The notes under the pieces: generated by a model
Databases searched by the model: none
What the model saw: the letters and a program-made list of their open reading frames with translations, nothing else
Told to the model about the DNA's origin: nothing
Origin: Vicugna vicugna
Taxonomy: Eukaryota
Reading direction: 5' to 3'
Assembly (NCBI GenBank): GCA_013265495.1
Contig: MU058009.1
Span: forward strand, 62,001 to 126,000
Length of the DNA: 64,000 nucleotides
Shown here: piece by piece, positions 1 through 13,130 of the stretch
Layout of the letters: the number at the start of each line of letters is the position of its first letter
How positions within the stretch are numbered: the stretch's first letter is position 1
Program-made: the position numbers and the translations under genes

Positions 1-3000
1 CCCTGGGCAGGTGAGCATGGAGCCTGCTTGTTTCCTTTGGTTCCAAGCAATTGACTGAGAACCAGCAGAGCTAGACATGAGGCATTATATTTTGTCATGA
101 TATAAAATAAAACTTGTAGGTTTAACAGTGCATTCAGTGCTCTGTTGACTCCCTTGCCTCTGCTGGGCGGGGAGGGACCCAGAGGCGCGCCTCTGCCTGT
201 GGAGGGGCGAGTGCCTGGTTGCTGAAGATGAACAAGCTTAGACCCATGACCTTGACAGGGACCACCAGAGGAGATGCAGGCATTGGAGGGGCATGTTTGT
301 GGTGTGGGTGGGTTTGAAAACTTTCAGGGCCTTTTCCTTCCTGAGATTTTCGGGTTTGGTGTGAGCTCTGGGAACCTGTTGGTGGGCGCCGTGTTCTTCA
401 TGCCTGGAACGATGTCTAGCAAAGAAGTGCTCAGTAAACATTTGTTTGATGAACAGAAGGAGGATGTAGATTGGGTTTTCTGACCTTGTCTTCTCTGTGG
501 CCCTGCCTTGCTTCCCCTTTTTCCTGGGGTGAAGAGAGAGTTTCCCTTCTGATATCCGAGCTGTCTGTCCCAGGGCCCGGCCCCGCAGTCTGTTCAGACA
601 CCACAGAGGCAGGCAGGAGCCCGGGGGGTTGGACAGGAGTCGGCCCCCCAGGAGGGCATTTCCCCCTTCCCCCCTCTCCAGGCCAGCTGGCCACACTCCT
701 GCCCCCATCTGTTGCCCTCCTCAGCCCAGCCTTCGGGTCCTTGCACAGACTGGTCCTTACCTCCCCTCCTGTCCTGACGTCAGCTGTCCCCTTATTTGGG
801 TCCAAGAAAGGCGCCCCCGAGGGGGGGTGTCATCTCAGGAGTGTGGGCTCAGGAGGGGGCGGTTCACGCCTATTCCTGCTGGGACCCAAACAGCTCCACT
901 CTATTCCTGCTACATACTGGGTTTCCACATAAAATTTCATTTGAAAGTGGGACAGAGGGTGTCTTGGCCTAAAGACATTTTTATTTGAAAACCCCCATTG
1001 GGCTTTGGTAAGGCTGTCCTTACATTCCCCACAGCATGCTCTCAGCTCCCCGCCTCTGCTCCCCTGTCCCCCGAATGGCTTGGGTGCTGTCAGCAGTCCG
1101 CTGTCTGGATTGCATGTCCTTCAGCATCCAGCTCCAGCCTGTTCTGAGGCCTCCCCTACAGCCCTGCACACTTGTCACTTACCCTTGCACCCTCACCCCC
1201 CCAACAGGTCCTAATCTGTCACATCAGGGGACCCTGTTCCCCAGGAGCCCAGAGGGGCACAAGCCGAACCAGACGGGTGGGCGAGGGCAGGGCTCTGAGA
1301 CGGGTCATGTGCTTTGCCAGGCTGCAAGGCCCTGGGTCCCACGTGGAGCCTTGGTTTCCTCCTCTGAGTAAGTGACGCTTTTGAATGAGAGTGCATTTCA
1401 AGTAACATCCCAGCGCCTGGGGCCCAGCTCTGTATATGCGGGTGTGTTTTCTGTGACTCAGGGTGGGCCCAAGGCTGCCTTCCTTCTGGGCCAGGAAGTG
1501 GGGCAGGTAGACTGTCACCTGTGTGTGCTCCCAGCTGTGTGAATTGGGTATGTCTGGGGCTTTATTGGTCTTCCATCAGCACATCTGATAATCGGGCTGA
1601 TAGCACGTGGGTAGCTCATGGGGCCTGGTGCACAGCTGACAGGCATTGCGAAGTCCAGGCTGCTGTTAGACTGCAGGGCAGGACTGGGACCGTCTCAGCC
1701 CCGTCGTATCCCCAGCACCCGGCACCGCACTGGCACACAGCAGCCTCTCAATAACGCTTTCTTTTTGCAAGAAAGGAGCTGAGACTCAGAAAAGTAACTT
1801 GCTGTTCAAGGTCACAGAGTGACACTCCCCCAGGCAGGGGCTGCCTCAGGAGGAATCCTGGGCCTCCCTGGCGCTCCCTCTCACCCTGCCCCTGTCTGTC
1901 CTTTCTCTGAGGTCCTGCTCTATCCTCCAGGTTCCAAGATCCCCTTCCCTGTCCTGCTGCTCCTGGACCCGCTTGTCCGACTGAGAGGGTGTGTGGGGGC
2001 TGCGGGGGTGCGTTCGTGGAGTGGGGGCACCCTCGCAGGCTGTGGGGGCCTTTTCTCCACACCGCCCTCCTTCGTCTGCTGTCCCCTCCTTGGTCCTTTT
2101 CCTCTTCTTTTTCCGACCCTTCTGCCTTCCCTCCCGTCTCCTCTAGATTTCTCTCACCTCCATCCTGGTCACCTCTCTTCCTTCATGTCTGCCTCCTCCC
2201 CTTTCCTTTGCCCTCCACCCTGCCCCACCCCAGGCCTCAGCATCCACGCTGTCCTGCCTGATGTGGCCGCTGGACTTCGGGTGGGCTGGGTCGGGACAGT
2301 GCAGTTTCAGGAGCACTTCTTGTTGGCAGCTCCAGCATTTTTGAGGTGGGCTTGGTAAAGGGGCAGTGCCTGCCCGAAGTGTGCGATGCTCTGATCTTAA
2401 GCTCAGCTTCCTGGGCCCTCACCCACCTCCTTGGACATCTTCCTGGGCAGGAAAGCAGAATCTCATTCCGGAGCCAGAGGGTCTCCAAAGAAGTGCTGGC
2501 TGGTGGAGCTTCTCTGGCCTCTGCCCTCTGCCCTCTGCCCTCCGCCCTCCTCTCTCCAAAGCAGAAGCCTTCCCCCAGCGGCACCGGCTGGGATGGAGGA
2601 GGCTGGCCAGAGCAGAGAGGTTTCTGCTCAGAGGCCTTCCAGGCGAGCACACACGGTGCATGCGCACGCGTGTGTGTGCACATATAAGTGTGTGGATGAG
2701 TGTGTACGTGGGCTGTGTGGGAGAGAACACGGACCTGCATCCATGTGTGGATGTGCGGGTGGGAGTCTGGACTCCCCTCTGGGCCTTTGCCGTGCAGCCC
2801 TGTTCCCAGCACAGAGCTCTGCTCTCTGGGCTTTGGGGCCCTGGCTTTGCACCGAGGCTTTGTTCTGTCCTGGGGACCGGCTAGTCCCCTGCTGTGGTCC
2901 CACGCAGTGGTGACTGATCTCTGGCCACCCATTCAGTTGCCTGGGGAGCCTGGGGCCAGTGTTTGACCCCACCTCCCAAAATGGGGGCGCGTGGGGGCTT

Positions 3001-6000
3001 CCTGCCCGGGATCTCGACCCTGCCAAGGCGGAGGGAATGGGGAACAGCTGCGCTGGCCGATCCCGGCTCCGTATGGATTTGGTTTGACAACAAAGCTCCC
3101 TCTGTGTGTTCTCAGGACCCTTACATAACCGGGGGCGGGGGAGGCAGGCAGGAGAAGCTGGAGATGGGGACAAGGAGACACCAGGATGGGGTGGTTGGAA
3201 AGGGGACAGGGACCCGGAGGAGGAGGAGAGGGAGGGCAGTGAGAGAGACCAACCGTTGAGAAGCGGGGAGTGTGGGATGAGGGAGGAGAAGCACTGACCC
3301 TGCAGTTCTGCTTCTGGCCTCCTAGGGTGGGAAGAAGCTGCGTTTCCAGGTCCTCTGACCCTGCCCTGTTGATGCCTGCCTTCCTTTCTGGAGCCCCACC
3401 TGCCAGCCCTGGAGCTGCAGAGGAGGGGGCTGTGGGCCTGTCTGGGAGTGAGGCCAGACAGGGTTTGGGGCTGGGCCGGAGAGGCCGTCCTCACCCCGCC
3501 CTGTAACCGATCACATTCCCTTAAGATGGGAACCCTTCTCCGCTGGTGCCCTCTGGCCTCTGTTCCCTCCTCCTGGGCCCTGGACCTGATCCCAGAAGCC
3601 CCTCTGGCTCCCTCTTTGTAGGGCCGCAGCCTCTGCCTGTCCTTGTCGAGCAGCCCCGGGCCCCCGGCTCCAGAGCCTGGGCCCCCCCTCAGAGGCCCTG
3701 TGGCCCTGCTCCCTGCAGCCCCCTCCCTCAATAGTCGGACATTCTCTTCTCACCATCACTGTCCCTGCAGCTGCCCAAATAGAGGGAGAAGAAAACGTTC
3801 TCTTTCCGGAACAGCTGGACTGACAGGCCGGGATGGCCAGGTGAGCTGGCCAGGCTTGGGTGTGTTCTCGGGGGTGAGTGGCACCCTGTCCCAGGGCCCT
3901 GATCCTGCCGCTCCAAGCACAACGTTCTTGGGAGGGGCCGGGAAGACGGACGGGTCCTCTGGCCTCCCACCTTCTGGGTCTGTGTCTCCTCCTTGCCTCC
4001 GTTTCTCCAAGTCTTCTTCTGCCACAGGCTTCCTTGGAGAGAGCCCTGGATGTGATCTGGCCCAGAGGGTGGTGTTCGTCCCCAGCCCACAGCGGACTCA
4101 CAGCTGCTGCTCTTCCAGCTTGAGAACAAGGATGGCTTCTGAGAGGGCAGAGTGGAGGAGCTGCGGGCCAGGCCCAGGATTAGAGGAGACTGAGGATGTG
4201 TGCCCAGGGACATCCTGTAGGACCCCAGGCCAGCAGCTCTGGGGAGAGGCAGCGTGGGCGAGGCCCAAACCGGCTCAGCAAGCCCTAGACCTGGAATCCT
4301 CAGTCCCTGGGCCCTGACTGCCCGAGTCCTGCCCTCCCTCTAGCGCCGCCACCCCCAGAACTGGGTGCCAGGACATGCTGGAGTTGCTGATGCCTTGGGG
4401 CTTGAGCCCAAAAGGGCTTGAGCAGTGCAGAAGGTGGCAGGGGAGGGCCTCAGAGTTCCTGGATTTGTTTGTGGGAAGATCAAGATTAGGAGCAGGTGCA
4501 CAGAGGCTGGGACAGGCCAGGAGGATGGTGAGTGAGTGTTGGGTGCTGTGCAGTGCCCTCCACTGGGGTAGGGCCTTCTGCCCCATGCCTGCCCTTGGCC
4601 ATGGGCTGCCCCCGGACACTCCCTTGTCCCCAGACACCCCTTTAAGGCTGCATATCCTCCTCCTTTGCTTTTATGACCCCCCACACCCCACCTTCCCAGG
4701 TACCTCTCAGCTTGAAAGGGGCAAGGCTCTCTTTCTGGGATCTGGGCTTGGCTGCCCCAGGGCTTCCCTTTACTCAACTTTTGGAGGTGAAGAGATCCCC
4801 AGAGGATTGGCTTAGCCACTCCCTGATCCTCTCGCAGCTCCAGGCTCCCTGGCTGGTAGCCCAAGGGACCTGAAACCTGACAAACAAACTGGGCTGGAGC
4901 CGCAGCCGAAGTTGAAGGAACCAGCGGGCAGTGCCCTGCACGAGGGATGGGGGAAGAGAGCGGCCTGGCAGAGGGGGCCCAGCAGGCCCCGGACGCTGTA
5001 TGTTGAGGGTGGTGGTGGGGCGGGCAGGGAGTGGGGGAAAGGAGGAGTGTGTGTGTGTGCACGTGTGTGCGTGCGTCTGGGGGTCACCACGTTCCTCTGC
5101 TCTGGGGTGCACTCTTGTGTTTGAACAGGGATCCTTGTGTTTGTGCTCAGAGTTGTGCTTGTAGGCTTTCAACACAGAGGGTCCTAGTGGTCCAGAGCAG
5201 AGTTGGCCTGAGAAGGTCTTCAGAGTGTCTTCCGGTTGCCTCCTGGCTCTGGGGTGGTTGGAGCTACGGGTGCTCAGATCTGCCTCCACATTTCCCCGTA
5301 GAGGCTGGTGAGCCCTGGGGCAGGGGGGCCCTGGGGCATCTCGGACAGCCTGAGCATCAGCCAGCCCTCCTGCCGGCAGACCCACCTGCTCTGCCCTGGG
5401 TCCTGCCCCAGAAGGACTGTTGCTCAGACTGGAGGGTCTGCACCTTCCCCAGCAACACCTAGAAGGCTGGCCGCCCCTCCCCTCTCCTCGTCGTTAACCT
5501 TTACTTCAGGGAGAGTGTGTATACAGCTCATTCATGGAAAGTCTTACCAATGCGAAATGACCTCAAAAGGGCCTCTCTTAGTGGCGTCTCTATTCCTGGG
5601 GGACAGATGCGGGACGCGGGAAATGGAGGTCTTGTTTTCCTGGTCTGTGGCTTCATTTCTCTTCCAGAGACCCAGCCACAGGGGCCTGTGCTGCCTGCCC
5701 CCCACCAGCCTGCACCACCCTTTCCCTTTGCCCTAATCCGACCCTTAGCAGCTCTAACCCTGTTGTGCTCCTAATAGAAATTAAGACGTGCGCTTTCTCG
5801 TGCTGACACCCTGCAGCCTCCTTCTTTCAGAGCCACCGCTGCAGGCCAGTGTGCATCACAGTGCTGGCCAGGGGTTCTGGTGAAGAAAGGAGGGAGGCTC
5901 GGGTCCTGCAGAAGCCAGAGCCCTACTGGAACTCGAGGTCAGGGGAGAGAGGTTTCTGTGCCTGAATCCCTGCTCCCAGATACTCCAAAACGTTACCGTG

Positions 6001-6730
6001 CCGACAGCCACCCTTTGTGGTTAGAGCTGGAATTTCATCCACTTCTACAGGGATCCCCGGGCTGAACTGGACTGTCCCTGCTCGGGGACTTTGGGAGTAC
6101 CAGCTCTGGAGAGGGGACGGCAGCTAGCAGAGGGAACATCGTGCTGGAAATGAGGCGGTGTTCCAGTGAAGAGGGCTCAACTCTGGAGCGGCTGTGGGGA
6201 GGGGCTCTGCACTGGCAGGGGGTCTGTGGCCATGCCCCACTGCGATGGCTTCAGGTGGACAGGTCAGGGGCCTGGGCACCTTCTCTAGGAGGCGCTGCAC
6301 TCAGGAAGGGAGAGCAGCTTCTCCAGTGAAGCCTCATGCCCCTCTCCCCCACCCCCTCCTCCTCCCGACCCTAGCAATGCACCCTGAACCTGGCTAGGAC
6401 GCGGGATGCGCTTTCAGTGCAGGGCAGAGCCTGGGTGTCAGTACCCCTGTCCCCCCTGGCAGCTGCGCATGCCCCGTTTAGCGTGTGGGGTGGACCCAGC
6501 GGCTAGGAGTGTGGTTGTGGTTGTGGTAGCAGGTGGGAGCTGTGGACCCCGCCGTGTGCCGGCCTGGGGCAGACCCTCAGTGGAGAGGGGCGCCCAGGGA
6601 GGCCCAGACCAGGAGTCTCCTTCAGCTGCCAGGGCCAAGTGCTTGCTCTGGGCCAGGCTGGTACTGAGACTGTGGACTTTCCATCCCAGGGGGTGTTTTG
6701 AGGCTCCTACACCTCCCAGAACTTGTTCTT

Positions 6731-7044
6731 TTTTTTTTTTTTTAACATTTTTAAAATTGAAGTATAGTTGATTTACAATGTTGCATTAGTTTCTAGTGTA
6801 CAGCATAGTGATCCAGTTGTACGTACATATATATGTATATATATTCTTTTTCATATTTCTTGTTACAGGCTTCTACAAGCTATTAAATACAATGTCCTGT
6901 GCTATACAGTAGGACATTGTCGTTCATCTGTTCTGTACATAGTTTGAATTTGCCAATCCCAAAGTCCCAGTTTACCCCTCCCTCCCCGCTCCCCCCCACC
7001 CCCCGTAACCACGTTTGTTTTCTCTGTCTGTGAATCTCTCTCCT
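6731..7044 (-). mobile_element. 5'-truncated LINE-1 3' end (artiodactyl-type)
   Basis: Poly-T then attgaagtatagttgatttacaatgttg...gtgctatacagtagg; TSD ccagaa(c/t)ttgttctt at 6716-6730 and 7045-7059. Confidence 0.85.
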
Positions 7045-8799
7045 CCAGAATTTGTTCTTGCCTCCCCCCCCATTTCACAGCTGAGGAATCTGAGGCCTAA
7101 GAGATGCAAGACCTTGTCCAAACTGACCCCAGGCAGTTCGCCCCAGTCCATGGATACCCAGAGCTGGGCTTCCGGGCAGTTCAGACTGCTTGAATTCTTT
7201 GTTTCTGGTGACCCTGGGACCTTTAATTTATTACTCATCTTCCTCATCTGTAAATCAGAATAAAAGAGGACTACCACGTAGAATGTTTTAAAAATTAAAT
7301 AAGATTATGCACAAGAGCTGCAGAACCGCCCCAGGAATCTTTTAAAAATGAATCCAGGGTGTTCCTCTGTCAGTACCCTCCAGTGACTTCTGGGACCTTG
7401 CATAACGTCCAGGTTCCCGGAGTGGCCTGTGACATCCTGGACTGTCCAGCCGGCGGCTGAGCTGGCAGCCATGCTGGCCCTTCCTTACTCACTGTTTGCA
7501 GGCACTTTGGACTTGTTTCTGTTCCTCATACCCGGCAAACCACAGGCTCTTCTTTAGGCCTGGAAACACACCCACCTCTGTGGTCTGAGGTCAAGAGCCG
7601 GCTCCTCGCTGACCCTCCCTCCCAAGGAGCTGCTCTGTTTCTGCTCCACGGCCCCGTCCTGTTGGCCTCACGGTGTGTTTCGACGTCACATTTTCTTACT
7701 CACCTCTGTATTTGTCAGGTGTGTCTCCCTGCCCCCAGGCGTGCCCAGGCCTGTTACCTGGTTTCCTGCCCTAATGAAGTCCCCGCACGCAGGCCCGCAT
7801 GCCCTGGAGGCTCCGATTTCTGCTGAACGGCCCAGCTTCACCGCGTCCCTGGGGCCGCGGGACCCCAGCCTGCCTTGGGACAGGGCTGTTCTTTCTGACA
7901 AGCCCTTCGGAGGAGCAAGTGGGGAGAAGGGAGGTGTCCCCGTGGCTCTCCTGGCCTCACACAGGGCTAATCCTCAGGGCGACCTCACTGAGAACATCAC
8001 CCTGATGGCCTAGGTTTGGGAAGTCGGTACGGATGGCCAAAGGTGGCAGGACTCAGTTCCCTACAAACCACTTCTGCTAGTCAAAAGGGTATCTTTGTGC
8101 ATTCAGAGGAAATGATGCACACAAAGATACATATGGATGGGTTGAGTAGGCCAGCCTTCCCGGGGCCAACCCCCGGTCTGCAGACACTCAGATCTTTGCT
8201 CTGGGCTCTTTATAACTTGACAAAGAGATTGGAGGAGGGTTAAAGTGCTCCGCTGCTGGCCCATTCAGAGCCTTCATGGAAAGCAGGATAAATGGTCCTG
8301 CAGTTGAACACAGCCCTGCCCAGGACGATGGTTTGACAAGCCGAGGGAGGGCTGAATTTCAGCCCCAGCTTTCCCCGCCAGGCCTGACCATGCACGTCCA
8401 GGGTGCACAGCCATGCCCAGTGGCCCTGCCCCTGCCATCCCCTGTCTGCAGAGCGGGACAGAAGGAGGGACAGGAGGGCCCGTGCCCACTGGACCCGTGA
8501 GAGGGAAAAGTGATGCAGGCTCTGGCGTCAGGCCGGCTGCTTCCTCTTCTCCATGGTAACAACCTTAGAGCTGCTCTTACCGGCATGTCCAGTCACCCTG
8601 GGAGGAAGTGCCCTGCTTTTATCTCCATTTGACCCAACAGAAAACTTGAGATCAGAGAGGTAACTTGTCCAACACCTGTGCAGCCTGGAAATGGTTGATC
8701 CGGAATTCAGGTCTGGGTGTGTCAGATGCCAGAGATTACATTCCTTGTTTGTTCCCTCTTCTCTTAGCACAATTTTAGTTGAAACTGTATCACAGTCAC

Positions 8800-10740
8800 T
8801 AGTTAAAAAAATTAAACATAAAAAAGAGTGTATGATTATATGATATAAAGAAAGTCTTTCTCCCCTTCCGACCCCTGCCCCCCACTGCCGAGTTTCTTCT
8901 GCATCCTTCAAATAACCTATTTCTGTAGAGACTTATCCACGTATGCACACAAGTCTTTTGGTGAAAGCACATTGGAGAGACACAAAACACTGCTCTCCCC
9001 TTGCCTTTTCACAGTGTCATCATATGCTTGGGAGACCGTTTTGTGGCAGTGTGTGTAGGTATCCACTTTTTCAAAGGCAATGTGTTCCGTTGTCTGTGTG
9101 GTGTTGGGTCCAAACAGGTCCCTGTGGGTTTTTGGTAGATTTTCAAGTCTTTTCCATCTTTTGCCGTCACTAACAGTGCTGGCGGTAAAGATCTTGATAG
9201 AAAAGTTCGTGCAAACATAGGAGACTTTACTGTAGAATAAACTTCCAGCAGTGGACTTCCTGGACTAAGGGGGATTTCGACAGACACTGCCAAGTCACCT
9301 CCAGAAAGGTCACCCCGGCTTTACTTTCACTACTGATCCGTGAAAGAGCCTGTCCCCCTGCCCCCAGCACCGGAGGCTCTGAGGCTTCTGGAGCTCTGCC
9401 GGTAGGATCCGTGAAGAATGAATCTCTCCTCTGGGGCCGTCGTATTACTTTCTGTAAACTGAATATTCATGTTCTGAGCCCATTTCTCTATTTGACCTGT
9501 TGACTTTTCTCCTTTTTGCCTTGCACGAGCGCATTACAGGCTCAGGGAATTCATTGGTCTGATGTATGTATGATGCAGGTAGTTGTCCTAGTTCCTCATT
9601 TGTCTTTTCACTGTTTATTCTCTTTCTCTCCCTCCCCTTCCCACAACCCCCCACCCCCGCTTCTTAAATCTTTACGTTGTTGAATTTATCTTTCTATTTT
9701 TATAGCCTCTGAATTTTTGTCTTAAAATCTATACTCCCTCTTTTATTTTAAAACTTTTTTTGGGGGGGTAATTAGTTTTATTTATTTATTTATGTATTTG
9801 TTTAAATGGAAGTCCTGGGTTCAATCCCCAGGACCTCCAGCATGCTAAGCACACACTCTACCACTGAGCTATAGCCTCCCCTCTATGCCATACTCCCTCT
9901 TTTAAATATAAAAATGTTTCCAAATATGAAGGATAATAGAATCCCATGTGACAGTCAGCCAGACTTACAGATGTTAATGTTTTCTGTATACCTGATTTTT
10001 TTCAAGGAAGTAGAATATTAGAAAAAAAAACCTAAGTCTTATCTGCACAATCCATCCCAATCTACTTCATCTCTTCCTAGAATGTGATAGTCACCAAGAA
10101 TGATTCCTCTATTTTTTTTAATTCTTTTCACTTACATGCTATCTATATGGTCTTGTTTTGTGTGTTTTTTTAAGTTAATGCGATCATACTATATGTATCT
10201 TTTTACAATCTTTAAAAATCTGGACATCAGGTTTTTCCAAATAGATTCATGCAGAGTAATTTATTCAGTTTAAATGGTTGTCTGGTATTCGGTTGTGTGA
10301 TGATACACAGTTTGTTCAGTCACCCCTCCACTCATGGCTAGTTAAGATGTTTCAGTTCTTTTGCTGTTGCCGCGGTGCTGCAATGAGCATCTCTAGTGGG
10401 TGTAGACGTACGAGGGTGGCTGACTCTGGGCTACGCCTGGACGTGGAATTGCCGGATTGTAGAGTCTGCACACCTTCAGCCTTACGAGAAATTATGAATT
10501 ACTCTTGTAAGCCCTTAACTCAGTGAACTCCTGCCAGAACATGCAAGAAGGGATACTTGGTTTTAATCTGCGTTCCCTGGTCACTTAGTGGGGTTGAACA
10601 TCTTTTCATGTTCATTAGTTGTGTGAGTTTAAGCTGTGAATTGCCTTTTCCTGTCCTTTGCTTTATTCTCTTTGGTTCCTTGGTCTTTTCTTCTTATTGA
10701 TTTGAAGGAGTACTGATATATCCTGGTATTTGTTGGTTAC
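8800..10740 (-). mobile_element. Old degraded L1M-type fragments (boundaries approximate), interrupted by a SINE
   Basis: T-rich sequence with L1-like phrases (tgctgcaatgagcatc, gttgaacatcttttcatg). Confidence 0.55.
9746..9889 (-). mobile_element. tRNA-Ala-derived camelid SINE (Vic-1-like)
   Basis: Reverse complement GGGGAGGCTATAGCTCAGTGGTAGAGTGTGTGCTTAGCATG...(taaa)n ctaattacccccc A-tail; perfect 15-bp TSD atactccctctttta at 9731-9745 and 9890-9904. Confidence 0.9.
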
Positions 10741-12813
10741 ATGCCGTCTCTGACTTGTCCGAGGCTGGAACTCTCACCACAGCACCACCGCCTCTGCCTG
10801 TGGCTGAGCAGCTCTGGGAGGATCTGTCCTGCAGAGGGGGCACCGCTCAGGAGAGGGGTCTGATCAGGGGCTGGTTCTGAGACTGCGGACTTTCAATCCC
10901 GGGATGTGTTTTGAGGCTCCCACACCTCCCAGAACTTGCTCTTGCTACCCCCGTTTCACAGATGAGGCATGTAGGACCTTGTCCAGGGACATCCAGCCTG
11001 TGACTGCATAGGCTGGGTTGGATCTCAGATCTGTGTCCAGACCCCTTTCCTCTACTTCCAGCAGGTGAAGGGTACTTGGAGGTCTGGGGACTGCTGGCTG
11101 GGGTTTTCGCCCTGGCTAGCCCTCTTGAGGGGCAAGTAAGGAAGAAGGGGGGTTTCCTGGGTAACAGGGTGTCTCCAGACCTGTACCTCTCCTGGGAGCC
11201 CACAGGGTGTGTTGACATCAGCCCATGGTGTGGTCCAGCCATCTTGGAGTCGACACTGATTAAAAGGTGTCAAAAGTAGTGGAAGACGGTTCTGTAGAAA
11301 CCACACCTCTTTGATATAAGGGTGTGAGCGCAGCAACGTGTGATTGTCAGAAAGTGCGGTCCTTGCTGTCTCTGCCAAGCCCTACGCCGAGCCTCCAACG
11401 AGCCCGTGGCACCTCGTTTGCCCAGGTAATTGCGAAGTATGGGTCTGCGATGTTTTAACTTGATGAAGCTTTCTGTTCACACTTGTTCTGCTAATCTGTT
11501 CATTCATTTGGACATCTGTTCATTTCAATATTTGTCAGTTACCTACCACACATAAGGTATTAAACTGGGTGCTGGGGATACTGCGGGCCACCGGAAGTCC
11601 CTACTTTCTTGGGTTGTACGAGCTTGTGAGCACAGGAGACAGTGTGGTGCCCCTGCTACAGAGACATGAAACAGGTGATGGGGTGGGCGGACTGCCGGAG
11701 TGGTTGGGACCCTGCGTCCAGAGCAGGGGCTGGAGGTTCGGGGGGAGTCTGAGTGCTGGACTCTTGAGGGGAAGCTGGGGACAGCGGCCTGGGCTTGGGT
11801 CCCTAAAGTGATTTCAGATCCCCCAACATTTATACTGTCATCAGCCCCCCTGATGAGGGTTGGTACTGACCCTGCCTCCCCCGCCTTCATCCCGAAAGAG
11901 GTTGGAGTGCAGATGGGGGCATGTGAGCTAAGATTCTTGTCTTTGGGGAGAGGAAGGTGTGTTTAGAAGTGCTGGTGAGGTCTTGGGGGTCACCCGGGGC
12001 TTCCTCAGTCCCTTGGCCATCCTGTTCTGCATCTGGTAAGGTTCAGTTTTTACTGCTGTGCTCTTGGTCACAGAACAGACTGGAAAATGGTGTTTTTCTC
12101 AATGATGTTTGAATCTACCCCTCAGGCCACACAGTGGCAGCTGCTGGATTCCACTTAGCGCACAAGGCAGGAGTACTGCCGATCTTCCTGTGCATTTTCT
12201 GGGTGCCTTACCTGCGTTTTCTTGTTTACCTCCGCAACCAACCTGGTAGGAAGTCTTTATCTCCACTTTACAAATTGGCAGACTAAGGCTTAGCGGTGCT
12301 TAGTGGTTTCCCCAGAGTCATAGTCTGGCAAGTGACCGAGGCAGGATTCAGTCCCGGTGACCATTCTCCTGGTGGTCAGAGGAGGGAGAGAAGGCTCTGG
12401 GGAGACAGTTCCACATGACCTGCTTGCCCGCCCACCACAGCCGTCTGTGTGGGGCCCAGGAAGGTGCGGTGTGTAGGGCAGAGCTGTGAACCCGTCCTGG
12501 CAGGCACTGGGGCAAGATGCCAAGTTCAGGAAGAGGGTGAGTGTGGGCAGAGTGGAGTCTGGGCCTGTGGGCCCGGTGGCAGTGTCACGTTGAACTGTGC
12601 TCCACGCCCTGAACCCTGACAGAGATGGGAGAGCAGGGGCTTATTGGCTGTGACACTCTTGAGACCCAGGGACAGTATAGTATTCACTGTGGCTGTGAGT
12701 CCAAGTGACCGGGGCCTCCCCAGGCCTCCCTGCTTTGCGGTGAAGCCTTCCTGAAAAGGAGTCTGGGAGGCAGGTGAAGTTCCATCCACGTGGGGCCTTG
12801 GAGATGGTCTGGT

Positions 12814-13130
12814 CCAGTGCCGTCCAATAGAAATGCAATGGGGACCACAAAGATGAGCCACACATGTAATTTTAAATTAAAAAAAAAAGTTATTTTTGCC
12901 ACATTGTTAAAAAGTAAAAATAAGAAACTGACATTAATTTTACCGTTTTAACCCAATCCAGGCAAAATATTATTTCAATGTGTGATCAATGTAAATAATT
13001 TTTAAGGTGATCGTTTCCCTTTGTACTAAGTCTTTGAAGTCCAGTGTGTGTGTTCCCCACTTCCAGCGCTCCTGAGCCTGGACCAGAAGCATTGCAAGTG
13101 CTCTACATGAGGCTGGGGGCCCCCTCGGGA
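12814..13130. mobile_element. hAT-Charlie MITE (MER33/MER3-like)
   Basis: cagtgccgtccaatagaaat...tgtactaagtctttgaagtccagtgtgt signature. Confidence 0.6.

Noticed and set aside
2628..3731. 367-aa - strand ORF as a standalone single-exon gene
   Set aside because: TTG start, runs through pyrimidine-rich intron-like and CA-repeat sequence; only parts are considered under the nested-gene finding
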